DNA of 24,000 bases, from positions 23,963-47,962 of the forward strand of contig NZ_JAYKGW010000186.1 in assembly GCF_035285525.1 (NCBI RefSeq). Direction: 5' to 3'. A program made the position numbers and the translations under genes. A model generated the notes under the pieces. It made no database searches. It saw only the letters and a list, made by a program, of their open reading frames with translations, and was not told the DNA's origin. The DNA comes from Okeania sp. GTDB lineage: Bacteria; Cyanobacteriota; Cyanobacteriia; Cyanobacteriales; Microcoleaceae. This document shows positions 1-8,617 of the stretch, in pieces (the first letter of the stretch is position 1; each line of letters opens with the position of its first letter).

Positions 1-186
1 CTATATAATTAATCAGGTTACTGTACGATTAATTATGCAGAAAAATCGGAATAGACTATAAACTATTATTTCTAATACCTAGAGAACTGAGGGAAAAAAT
101 AAAATTGTGCTCAATGTTTAGGGATGAATGGGCAGCTATAATCTATATATAGAGCCTTGGTGCGTTACGAACTGGGCTAACAAACC

Positions 187-359
187 CTAGTGGCGCGTCA
201 AGACTAAAATTCTGGTTTAGAAGCAAGCAACAAGCGAAGACCTCTCCCCCAACCCCTCTCCTGCGAGGAGAGGGGGGTTCTCTCCCCCTTCCCTTGCAGG
301 GAAGGGGGTTGGGGGGTTAGGTTTTTTAACCTACATTTTCAAGCTTGATGCGCCACTAG
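187..359. repeat. GC-rich nested palindromic element, MITE/REP-like
   Basis: Terminal inverted repeat CTAGTGGCGCGTCAAG (187-202) versus CTTGATGCGCCACTAG (344-359), 15/16 complementary. Inside are two perfect 10-bp-stem, 3-nt-loop hairpins: CCCCTCTCCT-GCG-AGGAGAGGGG (253-275) and CCCCTTCCCT-TGC-AGGGAAGGGG (285-307). An outer pairing joins CTCCCCCAACCCC to GGGGTTGGGGGG. Confidence 0.7.
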
Positions 360-496
360 CAATAGTAAGTCTTGTTTGTGTGACGAAATTTTCAGCAAAG
401 AATAGTACCACAAGAATAAAGTAATTCTAGTTGTCAACTAAAGGTAATAAAACTGATAGCTAATAGCTCACTGCTAAATAGCTAAATGTTTACCTA

Positions 497-824
497 TTAA
501 TAAACAGCAAAATCAGTAATCTTACGTCCCTCAGGTGTTTTGAAAGCAAGTACAATTTGGTGATGAGGTACACCTAAATTAACAAGTTCATTATCAACAC
601 CATCTTGTTGTATCTAAAATTTTTTGGTTGATCATCTCAAGATGAATTAAAGTTCTATAAAATCGTCTACTTTTTTGCCAACCTATTTATATTAGTAAGT
701 AATGATTTCGAGTTTCATCTATAACTAATTGACATTGCATTTCTGGGTCATTTCCAATATATTCAATATAGTCTTCTAAGACTTTAATAATTACTTCCTT
801 AAGTTCAATATTTAACATATCCAT
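497..824 (-). pseudogene. xisI: XisI-family (fdxN-element excision controlling factor-like) gene with one in-frame TAA and one frameshift
   Basis: Manual translation from ATG (complement of 822-824) gives MDMLNIELKEVIIKVLEDYIEYIGNDPEMQCQLVIDETRNHYLLI*IGWQKSRRFYRTLIHLEMINQKIL. After a frame change near 611-617 it continues IQQDGVDNELVNLGVPHHQIVLAFKTPEGRKITDFAVY*. The in-frame stop is at 687-689. The match to XisI (IGW..RR.Y..IHL, LV.LGVP...IVL) is from memory of the family. Not in the ORF track because it is broken. Confidence 0.7.
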
Positions 825-888
825 CTAACGGGATTAAAGCTAAAAAGATGTAATATTTGATTGAGGTACTGATAACTGATAACTGAAT

Positions 889-1731
889 TTAACGTATCCA
901 TTTAACAATTACCTCTTCAGTAGGATTAAAACTAAAAAGACGTAATATTCGATCTTCTATTAACATTATTCCAGCTTCTTCTTCAAAAACTGATTGACGT
1001 ACTTTTTCAGAAACAGCTAAATATAATTTTCCCTCAGATTATTCAGCAATTAATAATTAGGGTTTGCTGATTAAATATGACAACATTAACAGATAAAGGT
1101 AAGTGCCTTTTTTAGTCCGGAAAAAGTACCAGCTTTTAGGTCTTGAAAGCTAAAAAGTCTAGTATTTTTGGCTAATTGTGACAGAAAATCCAGGGATAAG
1201 TCTTCCTCCTACCTCTTCTGTAATTCCCATTCCTCCTGGATTGCTGGATTGCTGGATTCTGACTCCTCCCCCTACCACTCATACTTTTTCAGCAAACCTT
1301 AATTAATAATTATATTACCCCTTCTTCAAAGAAGAGGATTGACTAATCAGGAAAATTTTTATCCCCTTAAAAGGGGAGGCTTCCAGGCGTGAATTGTTGA
1401 ATGAATAATTATTGACTATCAACTTTGAATTATTAATTATTAACTATTAATTATTAATTATTCGGTAACGATTTAAAATATGTTCATACAACACAAAATG
1501 ACCAATAGCTTGTTCTAAATCCTTCATTTCCGAAGCACTCCGAAAACTTTTGACTTCAATAGCAATTTTTTCTAGTCCTTTTGCTGCTCCAATGAGACGT
1601 TCTGCACCTAAATCGACAAATAAATTTTTGCCCCTTGTAAGTTTAGGACGATATGGATCGTGAGTAATTGTCTATCCATCTTTTAAAAGAGCAGATTTAA
1701 CAGTATTATGATAATAATCGCGGGCTGGCAT
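889..1731 (-). pseudogene. xisH: XisH-family gene split by a ~430-bp insertion, with a TGG>TAG nonsense codon
   Basis: N-terminal piece (about 1470-1731): MPARDYYHNTVKSALLKDG*TITHDPYRPKLTRGKNLFVDLGAERLIGAAKGLEKIAIEVKSFRSASEMKDLEQAIGHFVLYEHIL. The stop at 1672-1674 sits where XisH proteins have the W of KDGW. C-terminal piece (889-1035): EGKLYLAVSEKVRQSVFEEEAGIMLIEDRILRLFSFNPTEEVIVKWIR*. The two pieces are nearly contiguous in the XisH consensus; 1036-1469 is repeat/MITE DNA. It lies immediately upstream of xisI, as in canonical xisH-xisI pairs. Confidence 0.75.
1057..1302. mobile_element. MITE-like non-autonomous element inserted in xisH
   Basis: 14-bp terminal inverted repeats TTAGGGTTTGCTGA (1057-1070) and TCAGCAAACCTTAA (1289-1302), 13/14 complementary. 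Flanked by a direct repeat TTAATAA (1050-1056 and 1303-1309), a candidate target-site duplication. No ORF inside. Contains the tandem GGATTGCT repeat (about 1238-1260). A related left end occurs at 12314-12384. Confidence 0.5.
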
Positions 1732-1799
1732 TATGGCTATTTTCCTTAACAGTAATTAGCTATGATTAATTATAGCTTTTTGTTACTGCTTTGATATAA

Positions 1800-3563
1800 A
1801 TGCAATCTAAAATTCAAACCTTACCAAAAGAAGTTGTCAATTTAATTGCTGCTGGAGAAGTGATAGATTCTTTAGCAGCGGTAGTCCGAGAATTAGTAGA
1901 AAATTCTCTGGATGCTGGTGCAACTCGGATCATAATTTCTATCTTTTCTGAACAGTGGCGAATCCAAATTTCTGATAATGGAATGGGTATGAATTTAGTT
2001 AATTTAAAACAAGCAGCAAATCCTCACAGTACGAGCAAAATTACTAATCTTAAAGACCTGACAAAAATTACCAGTTTAGGATTTCGGGGAGAAGCACTTC
2101 ATAGTTTAGCAAATCTCTCCAATTTAGAAATATTAAGTCGTCCTAAATTACCTATTTCGGAAAAGGAAAATGAAGGTTGGCGAGTTCTTTATAATCAACA
2201 AGGAAAAGCTATTAAAACTGAAAGAGTTGCTATTGCCCCTGGTACTATTGTCAAAGTTTCTAATCTCTTTGGGAAATGGCCTGTACGTCGTCATGCAATG
2301 CCTTCTCCAGGACAACAAATGCGCGGCATACAATTAATTATTCAGCAAATATCTCTTTGTTATCCTGATGTGACTTGGCAAGTTTGGCAGGGTAGTAAAT
2401 TATGGATACAAATTAGTCCTGGCGCTACGGCAAAACAAATTTTACCTCAATTTTTATCGACAGTAAGATTGAATGATTTACAATATATTCAACAAGAAAT
2501 TGATGAGGAAGAACCAAAAGAATTAAATGCCGAAATATCAAATTTTTCCGAATATAAAGATTCTCAAATTTTGGATAGACAATCATTAGAATTAGTCTTA
2601 GGTTTACCTGATAGATGTCATCGCCGAAGACCAGATTGGGTAAAAGTTGCTATTAATAATAGGGTAGTAAAAGTTCCAGAATTAGAACAAACAATTATTA
2701 GTTCTTTAGCGCGGACTTGTCCTCGCGATCGCTATCCTGTCTGTTTTATTCATTTACAAATTTTTCCCTATCAAATTAACTGGAACCGTCATCCGGCAAA
2801 AACAGAAATTTATCTAGATAATTTGAAATTTTGGCAACAACAAATCAATCTAACAATTGGGAAAGCATTACAATTTAGTTCACAGATTATGCCAGAATTT
2901 CCTTTATCAGAAAGAGTGGAAAAAATCTTAAAAGTCTCAGAAAATACAGGCAATTATCAAAGTCGTCGAGTTCTAGAAAATTCACCAGATAATTCTGAAC
3001 AAGAAAATCAAGAATTAGGATTAATAGAATTAAAAGCGATCGCTCAATTACACAAAACTTATATATTAGCTGAACATCCCAATGGAATTTGGTTGATAGA
3101 ACAACATATTGCCCATGAAAGAATTTTATATGAAAAATTATGCGATGCTTGGCAAATAATTTATTTAGAAACTCCGATTATTTTACATCATTTATCTTCT
3201 GTTCAAATAGAACAACTTCAACGGTTAAATATAGAAGTAGAAATCTTTGGAGATTTTCTTTGGGCTGCTCGTACTGCTCCGGCAATGTTAGCTAAAAGAA
3301 ATGACTGTGCCGATGCTTTAATTGAACTTAGTAAAGGTGGCGATTTAGAATCAGCTAAAGTAGCTACAGCTTGTCGTAGTGCTATTAGAAATGGAACTGC
3401 TTTAAGCCTACCACAAATGCAAAGTTTATTAAATAAATGGCAACTTACTCGAAACCCTCGTACTTGTCCTCATGGTAGACCAATTTATTTATCTTTAGAA
3501 GAATCAGCTTTAGCTCGTTTCTTTAGAAGAAATTGGGTAATTGGAAAAAGTCATGGCATTTAA
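1800..3563 (+). CDS. mutL: DNA mismatch repair protein MutL (endonuclease-type)
   Basis: 587-aa ORF. GHKL ATPase motifs are present: AAGEVIDSLAAVVRELVENSLDAGATRI, DNGMGM, LGFRGEAL. C-terminal motifs are EQHIAHERILYE (at the DQHAxxExxxxE position), ACRSAIR and CPHGRP. Confidence 0.95.
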   Translation: MQSKIQTLPKEVVNLIAAGEVIDSLAAVVRELVENSLDAGATRIIISIFSEQWRIQISDNGMGMNLVNLKQAANPHSTSKITNLKDLTKITSLGFRGEALHSLANLSNLEILSRPKLPISEKENEGWRVLYNQQGKAIKTERVAIAPGTIVKVSNLFGKWPVRRHAMPSPGQQMRGIQLIIQQISLCYPDVTWQVWQGSKLWIQISPGATAKQILPQFLSTVRLNDLQYIQQEIDEEEPKELNAEISNFSEYKDSQILDRQSLELVLGLPDRCHRRRPDWVKVAINNRVVKVPELEQTIISSLARTCPRDRYPVCFIHLQIFPYQINWNRHPAKTEIYLDNLKFWQQQINLTIGKALQFSSQIMPEFPLSERVEKILKVSENTGNYQSRRVLENSPDNSEQENQELGLIELKAIAQLHKTYILAEHPNGIWLIEQHIAHERILYEKLCDAWQIIYLETPIILHHLSSVQIEQLQRLNIEVEIFGDFLWAARTAPAMLAKRNDCADALIELSKGGDLESAKVATACRSAIRNGTALSLPQMQSLLNKWQLTRNPRTCPHGRPIYLSLEESALARFFRRNWVIGKSHGI

Positions 3564-3590
3564 ACAGTTATCAGTTATCAGTAATTTTAA

Positions 3591-3744
3591 GGTTACTCTC
3601 AGATTTATATAAACCTGCCCTCATGCACATTTTTAACTGTGTCAGTAATAGTGCAATAGTAGGGGCAGGTTTTTGCTAGAACTTTAATGGTTAATCTCAG
3701 ATTTATATAAACCCGCCCTCATGCACATTTTTAACTGTGTCAGT
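3591..3744. repeat. Two 56-bp direct repeat copies (98-bp period) with a central complementary segment
   Basis: Copy 1 (3591-3646) is GGTTACTCTCAGATTTATATAAACCTGCCCTCATGCACATTTTTAACTGTGTCAGT. Copy 2 (3689-3744) differs at 2 positions. The central GGGCAGGTTT (3663-3672) is complementary to AAACCTGCCC in copy 1 and, with one mismatch, to AAACCCGCCC in copy 2. Confidence 0.8.
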
Positions 3745-3885
3745 CTAGTAGAATAAATTAAAAAACTTTCAAATTTTTTTATATATTTTTGATTTCCAAA
3801 TCCACAGAAATAATGGAGAATAAGTCAGAAATTTGTCAGATTTTTTCTTAGGGCTTTCCTTACCAAACTCAAAGTAAGAAGGTAA

Positions 3886-4049
3886 GCATTCAGCTATTAG
3901 CGGTCAGCAATAATATTCTGTCTTAAAGCTATCGATTATAAAGTTCTATGTCAATAGAGATGTTTATTAAAGTATAGTTTTAAAACAGGGGTTGAAATCT
4001 CAAACAAAAATAATGGTTGATAGCTAATAGCTGACGGCTGAATGCTGAC
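3886..4049. repeat. Inverted pair of STRR-like AGCTGAT/AGCTAAT-type repeat blocks
   Basis: GCATTCAGCTATTAGCGGTCAGC (3886-3908) is partly complementary to TTGATAGCTAATAGCTGACGGCTGAATGCTGAC (4017-4049). The 22-mer TAATAGCTGACGGCTGAATGCT recurs exactly at about 5244-5265. Confidence 0.7.
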
Positions 4050-4237
4050 AATAAGGTTTAATAGTATTAGCGATCGCTTCATGGTACAATTATAATTCTG
4101 ACGATTTCATAATTAGGTAGTTTGATAAATGATGTAATTATAAAATTATAGTAAGACAATTAGCTGACTGTAAATTTACGCTAAAGCTTGATTATAACCT
4201 AGTCAAAAATAATTTTAATTATAATTGGGTACTAAAT

Positions 4238-5062
4238 ATGAATGATTCTCCATATCGACAGTTATTTTATTCAGAAATTAATCAATCTGATGAACAAATA
4301 GATTTAGCTAAAGCTGCTCTTTATTTAGCATTAGAAGATGATAGAGAATTTGACCCCGATGAATATCTAAACGCTCTTGATACAATGGCAAATGAAGTGC
4401 AAGAAACATTGCCAGAATCTCTCTATCCTTTACGAATTATTAAAAGTATAAATAAGTATCTTTATAATGATTTAGGCTTGACTGGAAATACAACTAATTA
4501 TTACGACCCTAAAAATAGTTTCCTCAATCAAGTAATAGAAAGACGTACTGGCATCCCAATTACTTTATCCCTAGTTTATCTGGAAATTGCTAAAAGAATT
4601 AATTTTCCTATGGTTGGTATTGGAATGCCAGGACATTTCTTAATTCAACCTGATTTTGAAGAAGCTGGTATATTTGTAGATGCTTTTAACCAAGGAGAAA
4701 TTCTTTTTCCTCAAGATTGTCAAGAAAGATTGGCCCAAATTTATGGTCAACCAGTGGAACTGCAACCTCAGTTTTTCGCAACTATAAGTAATAAGCAGTT
4801 TCTAGCACGAATTTTGACAAATCTTAAGGTAATATATTTAAACAGAAATGAAGGGTTAAAAGCTATTGCAGCCATTGACCGAATTTTACTATTATTTCCA
4901 AATGCAGTTGTCGAAAAGCGAGACCGAGGCGTATTATATTGTCAGCTAAATTTTTGGGCAGAAGCTCGTCAAGATTTAGAAAGTTATGTAGTTAATATTC
5001 CTCAAGCTGAGGATGCAGAGATAATTAGGCAATTATTGGCTAAAATGATAACTGATAGCTGA
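4238..5062 (+). CDS. SirB1-like transglutaminase-core plus TPR protein (UPF0162 family)
   Basis: 274-aa ORF. Family-typical stretches include DLAKAALYLA, YYDPKNSFLNQVIERRTGIPITLSLVYLEIAKRINFPMVGIGMPGHFL and a C-terminal TPR-like region. Family assignment is from memory of the consensus. Confidence 0.8.
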   Translation: MNDSPYRQLFYSEINQSDEQIDLAKAALYLALEDDREFDPDEYLNALDTMANEVQETLPESLYPLRIIKSINKYLYNDLGLTGNTTNYYDPKNSFLNQVIERRTGIPITLSLVYLEIAKRINFPMVGIGMPGHFLIQPDFEEAGIFVDAFNQGEILFPQDCQERLAQIYGQPVELQPQFFATISNKQFLARILTNLKVIYLNRNEGLKAIAAIDRILLLFPNAVVEKRDRGVLYCQLNFWAEARQDLESYVVNIPQAEDAEIIRQLLAKMITDS

Positions 5063-5232
5063 TTTTAACCTCTTTTATTATCAGCATTTTCTGCGGAATA
5101 CTTTCCTACGGGATGCTACGCTTTCCGCAAACATAACTTTTAATTTTCGAAGGTTAGCTGACAGAAATGTTTCATTATTATTCACACCTTGACTACTAAT
5201 TCCTTCTACCAGGATAATGAGTTAATAACTTA

Positions 5233-5265
5233 TAGCTGATAGTTAATAGCTGACGGCTGAATGCT
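5233..5265. repeat. STRR-like repeat block
   Basis: TAGCTGATAGTTAATAGCTGACGGCTGAATGCT shares a 22-bp identical core with 4024-4046. Confidence 0.7.
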
Positions 5266-5322
5266 TACCAAAAAAAACTATTGAACAGTAATGTAATCAT
5301 TAAAATTGTGAGGAATAACACC

Positions 5323-5970
5323 ATGAAAAGTCTTTTAAATTTAGGAGCATCTATCAAAAAATTATTTCAATTTGCTGGTTTCAGTAAACAATCATCCAAA
5401 TTGTTATACATTTCTTTAGCAGGATTTTTAACAATTATTTCTAGTATTTTAATTTTTACTTCTCAACCAGCAAATGCGATAGATGAAATTAAAATTACCT
5501 ATGGCTCTATTAATATACCTTTAGCTATTGCTGATTTAGAGAAATTTGCCGATACAGGAGAACAGTCCGAGCAATTAAAATCACTATTTTTAACAGCGGA
5601 TGCTACCCAGGAAAATATTAAAACAGTCCGGCAAATTTTAACTTATAAGTTAAAGGTTGAACCTGATTTTATAACGAATTTATTAGAATCACGTTATGGA
5701 GGACTTGCTGTTGTAGAATTTAGTCGCTATTTTGCTCCAGATAGTGATGTCTCTCAAATAACCGATGATATTTTGGCTACAATTGACGAAATTATTGATG
5801 ATGGAGAAGTATCGTTTTTAGAACTGGTACAAAAGTTTAAGTGGACTGATAAAGTGGTCATTAATGCTAAAGGTATTGAAACATTCTTTGTAGAAGCTAT
5901 AGAATTGGCCAAAAGAGGAGTAGAATTTTTGAAAGAACAACCACAAGTACAAGAAGTTATCTGTGAATAA
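5323..5970 (+). CDS. DUF1400 domain protein with N-terminal signal/TM segment
   Basis: The ORF track starts at TTG 5281. ATG 5323 is preferred because GAGGA lies about 8 nt upstream. Hydrophobic segment LLYISLAGFLTIISSILIFT. The downstream IKITYGSINIPLAIADLEKFADTGE...LKSLF...IKTVRQILTYKLKV resembles the cyanobacterial DUF1400 N-terminal domain. Confidence 0.7.
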   Translation: MKSLLNLGASIKKLFQFAGFSKQSSKLLYISLAGFLTIISSILIFTSQPANAIDEIKITYGSINIPLAIADLEKFADTGEQSEQLKSLFLTADATQENIKTVRQILTYKLKVEPDFITNLLESRYGGLAVVEFSRYFAPDSDVSQITDDILATIDEIIDDGEVSFLELVQKFKWTDKVVINAKGIETFFVEAIELAKRGVEFLKEQPQVQEVICE

Positions 5971-6102
5971 CTTATTTTAAGTAGTGTGGGAAGTATAATG
6001 ACTGTGGGAAGTGCTGGTAGAAACTATTTTATCTTGACTATCTAGGAATTTTGTATATAACTTTCCTACCCACTCCCTACTCCCTCACTCCTCGACTACT
6101 CC

Positions 6103-6558
6103 CTAATTATAAAAATACTGCTCTTCTGCTACTCTCTTCAAACGTCGTAGTTGAGCTTCCATATCTGCTTTAGTCCATGAAGCAGCAAACTGATTAAAAC
6201 CAAATCTGATTATAGAATTAGGTATCTCAAATTCAAAACGATTGAATAAACGAGTACCTTCAAGTTCAGGTTGACATTCCCAGCGATCACGACCTTGGAA
6301 AAAACCCTGAAATTCCCAAACAATTAAACCAGGTTCTCGTTCCACCACGATACTATATAAAGATGGTTCCAAAAAAGGAATATTAATAATAAATCTACTA
6401 CGACTCCCGACAAAAGTATTCCAACTACCTATAGCTTCACAACGTAGCATGGGATTTAACCACTTGTGCATGAGAATGTTATCTGTAATACAACGCTCTA
6501 CAGTCGTGGCACTAGCATGGATAAAAATATTTTGCTCGAAAACTTGACTAAATGGCAT
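6103..6558 (-). CDS. SRPBCC (polyketide cyclase/START-like) family protein
   Basis: 151-aa ORF. Size and pattern (I.ASA..V..CITD...  W.P, WEF.GFF.G.D.WEC.P...GT.L) are typical of small SRPBCC proteins. Confidence 0.7.
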   Translation of the reverse strand: MPFSQVFEQNIFIHASATTVERCITDNILMHKWLNPMLRCEAIGSWNTFVGSRSRFIINIPFLEPSLYSIVVEREPGLIVWEFQGFFQGRDRWECQPELEGTRLFNRFEFEIPNSIIRFGFNQFAASWTKADMEAQLRRLKRVAEEQYFYN

Positions 6559-6647
6559 AGTTACCGAAAAATTGGGTGTAAAGTCTCGCCTTTCTAGGTG
6601 GACTTTAAATAATTGCTAATTAAAACTTACATTAACTCAAAAAAACC

Positions 6648-8285
6648 ATGAATGGCACTTGGCAAATTATTGCAAAATCAATCAATATTATGGAGCCAAT
6701 CCAAGCTAATTCGATCTTAGTTTCAGATTTTTTGGCACAAACTAATCTAAATCCACTAGAACTGTCCCAAAGTATTAATCAAGCTAGAATTTGGGACACA
6801 GTTGCAGCTATTGTAATTTTAGTTATAGGTTGGATAGTTGCTGGGATTATTGCCAGCATAATTGGTGGACTATTCAAGAAGACCAATATTGACAATAAAA
6901 TTGCTGGTTGGGTTTCAGGTAATCAGGAACAAGCTCAAAGTCTAGCTGTAGAGAAATGGATATCCTCTTTGGTGTTCTGGATCGTAATGATCTTTGTTCT
7001 GATTGCTTTCTTTGACAAACTGAACCTGACAGCAGTTTCTGAACCTCTAAATGCTTTCCTTACAGAAATTACTAGCTTCTTACCTAGTATAGCTGCTGCC
7101 CTAATTTGGCTAGGTATTGCCTGGTTAATAGCAACTATAGCTAAATTAGCAGTAAACAAAGGACTTAAAACATTTGGTCTAAATGACCGTTTGAGTCAAC
7201 AAGTTAGTGATGGACAATTAGACAGTCAAGTAGATATTAGCAATACCATTGCTAATGCTATTTACTGGCTGATTTTCTTGCTATTTTTACCAGCAATCTT
7301 AGAAGCTTTACAACTACAAGTTGCTCTGCAACCTGTGCAAAACATTGTAGACCAAATCTTACAAGCTCTACCTAAGATTCTCAAGGCTGTTATCCTAGTT
7401 ACAGTTGGTTGGTTAATTGCTACTGTAGTCAAGAAAGTTGTTACTAATTTACTTGCTGCTACTGGTTTAGACCAAATGGGTAATAAGTTCGGTATGAGTC
7501 AAGAGAGTGGTAGTCAAAATCTTTCTGGGATTATTGGTACTTTTGTTTATGTATTGATATTAATTCCTATAGCGATCGCTGCTCTGAGTGCTTTGGATAT
7601 TGAGGCTATTACTACTCCAGCAGTGGCAATGCTTAACAATATTCTGACATTTGTTCCTAAAATCTTTGCGGCTGCTGTAGTTCTGGTTATTGCTTATTTT
7701 GTTGGTCAATTTCTGCAAGATTTAATTACCAATCTTCTTACCAGTGTTGGTTTTAATAATCTTTTCAATTGGCTTGGTTTAAATTCAACCCCATCTAGCG
7801 ATCCAAGTGCAACTGTACTTCAGAAAGAAGGTACTACTCAACGGACTCCCTCAGAAATTGCTGGTCTAGTAGCTTTTGTAGGTATTATTCTTTTTGCTAC
7901 AGTTTCAGCTACTCAAATTATGCAGCTTGAAGCTTTGACTTTAATAGTCAATGTAGTAATTGGAATTGGTGGTCGGGTTTTCTATGGTTTGGTAGTTTTG
8001 GCTATAGGTCTATATTTGGCTAACCTTGCTTATAATTTAATTACCAGTTCTGGTAATTCTCAGGCTAAACTTTTAGGCCAACTTGCTCGGATTGGAATTA
8101 TTGTTTTAGTCTCAGCTATGGCTCTGCAACAAATGGGTATTGCTCCTAGTATTGTTAATTTAGCTTTTGGATTGTTTATGGGAGCTATGGCAGTAGCTAT
8201 TGCTTTGGCATTTGGTTTGGGAGGACGAGATATTGCTTCTTCTCAAATTCAAGATTGGTTAGAACAGTTTAAGACGAAGAAATAA
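6648..8285 (+). CDS. Multi-pass membrane protein with conserved TM-helix repeats (mechanosensitive-channel-like annotation class)
   Basis: 545-aa ORF with about 10 hydrophobic helices in repeating units (e.g. VAAIVILVIGWIVAGIIASIIGG, KAVILVTVGWLIATVVKKVV, AAAVVLVIAYFVGQFLQDLI). The start could instead be the internal ATG at 6690. Confidence 0.75.
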   Translation: MNGTWQIIAKSINIMEPIQANSILVSDFLAQTNLNPLELSQSINQARIWDTVAAIVILVIGWIVAGIIASIIGGLFKKTNIDNKIAGWVSGNQEQAQSLAVEKWISSLVFWIVMIFVLIAFFDKLNLTAVSEPLNAFLTEITSFLPSIAAALIWLGIAWLIATIAKLAVNKGLKTFGLNDRLSQQVSDGQLDSQVDISNTIANAIYWLIFLLFLPAILEALQLQVALQPVQNIVDQILQALPKILKAVILVTVGWLIATVVKKVVTNLLAATGLDQMGNKFGMSQESGSQNLSGIIGTFVYVLILIPIAIAALSALDIEAITTPAVAMLNNILTFVPKIFAAAVVLVIAYFVGQFLQDLITNLLTSVGFNNLFNWLGLNSTPSSDPSATVLQKEGTTQRTPSEIAGLVAFVGIILFATVSATQIMQLEALTLIVNVVIGIGGRVFYGLVVLAIGLYLANLAYNLITSSGNSQAKLLGQLARIGIIVLVSAMALQQMGIAPSIVNLAFGLFMGAMAVAIALAFGLGGRDIASSQIQDWLEQFKTKK

Positions 8286-8288
8286 GGA

Positions 8289-8392
8289 GTCAGCAGTTAG
8301 CGTTCAGCAGTCAGCATAATTTTTTTGGCAGAAGCCCTTGGAGGAAATTTCCACTAAAAGTTGATAGCTGATAGCTAAAAGCTAATAGCTAG
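8289..8392. repeat. STRR-like repeat blocks downstream of the membrane-protein gene
   Basis: GTCAGCAGTTAGCGTTCAGCAGTCAGC (8289-8315) and TTGATAGCTGATAGCTAAAAGCTAATAGCTAG (8361-8392) are partly complementary heptamer-type repeats. Confidence 0.7.
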
Positions 8393-8420
8393 TTCAAAGT
8401 TCTGTCAAAATTTTAACTCT

Positions 8421-8467
8421 GGGAGAATAGGGAAATTTTAAAATGTAACCTATTCTCCCTATTTTTA
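8421..8467 (+). terminator. Candidate rho-independent terminator hairpin
   Basis: 11-bp perfect stem GGGAGAATAGG (8421-8431) with CCTATTCTCCC (8449-8459) and a 17-nt loop, followed by TATTTTTA. It could terminate the 6648-8285 gene, or lie at or near the right end of the tnpB element. Confidence 0.4.
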
Positions 8468-8617
8468 TATCAATAGGAATGATACCACTAAATATAGCGC
8501 TTAAAACTGTAACGATCTAGTTTTTTGACTCTATATATAGTACCTACCGTGTAAGTCAGGATTTATCGCTACCTCTATAGTTACTAAATCTATAGAAAAA
8601 TATTCTTTGACTTAGTT

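Noticed and set aside
2148-2333. 61-aa ORF on the minus strand
   Set aside because: It lies entirely antisense within the well-supported mutL CDS, and its sequence is low in complexity.
3591-3744. Possible CRISPR array
   Set aside because: There are only two repeat copies, 56 bp long, with internal complementarity to the supposed spacer. No cas genes are present. This is an intergenic repeat, not a CRISPR.
5281-5322. TTG start at 5281 for the DUF1400 gene
   Set aside because: The ATG at 5323 has a GAGGA SD-like element upstream and begins a typical signal/TM sequence. The 14 extra codons have no support.
6935-7159. 74-aa ORF on the minus strand
   Set aside because: Antisense inside the 545-aa membrane-protein gene, with no independent support.
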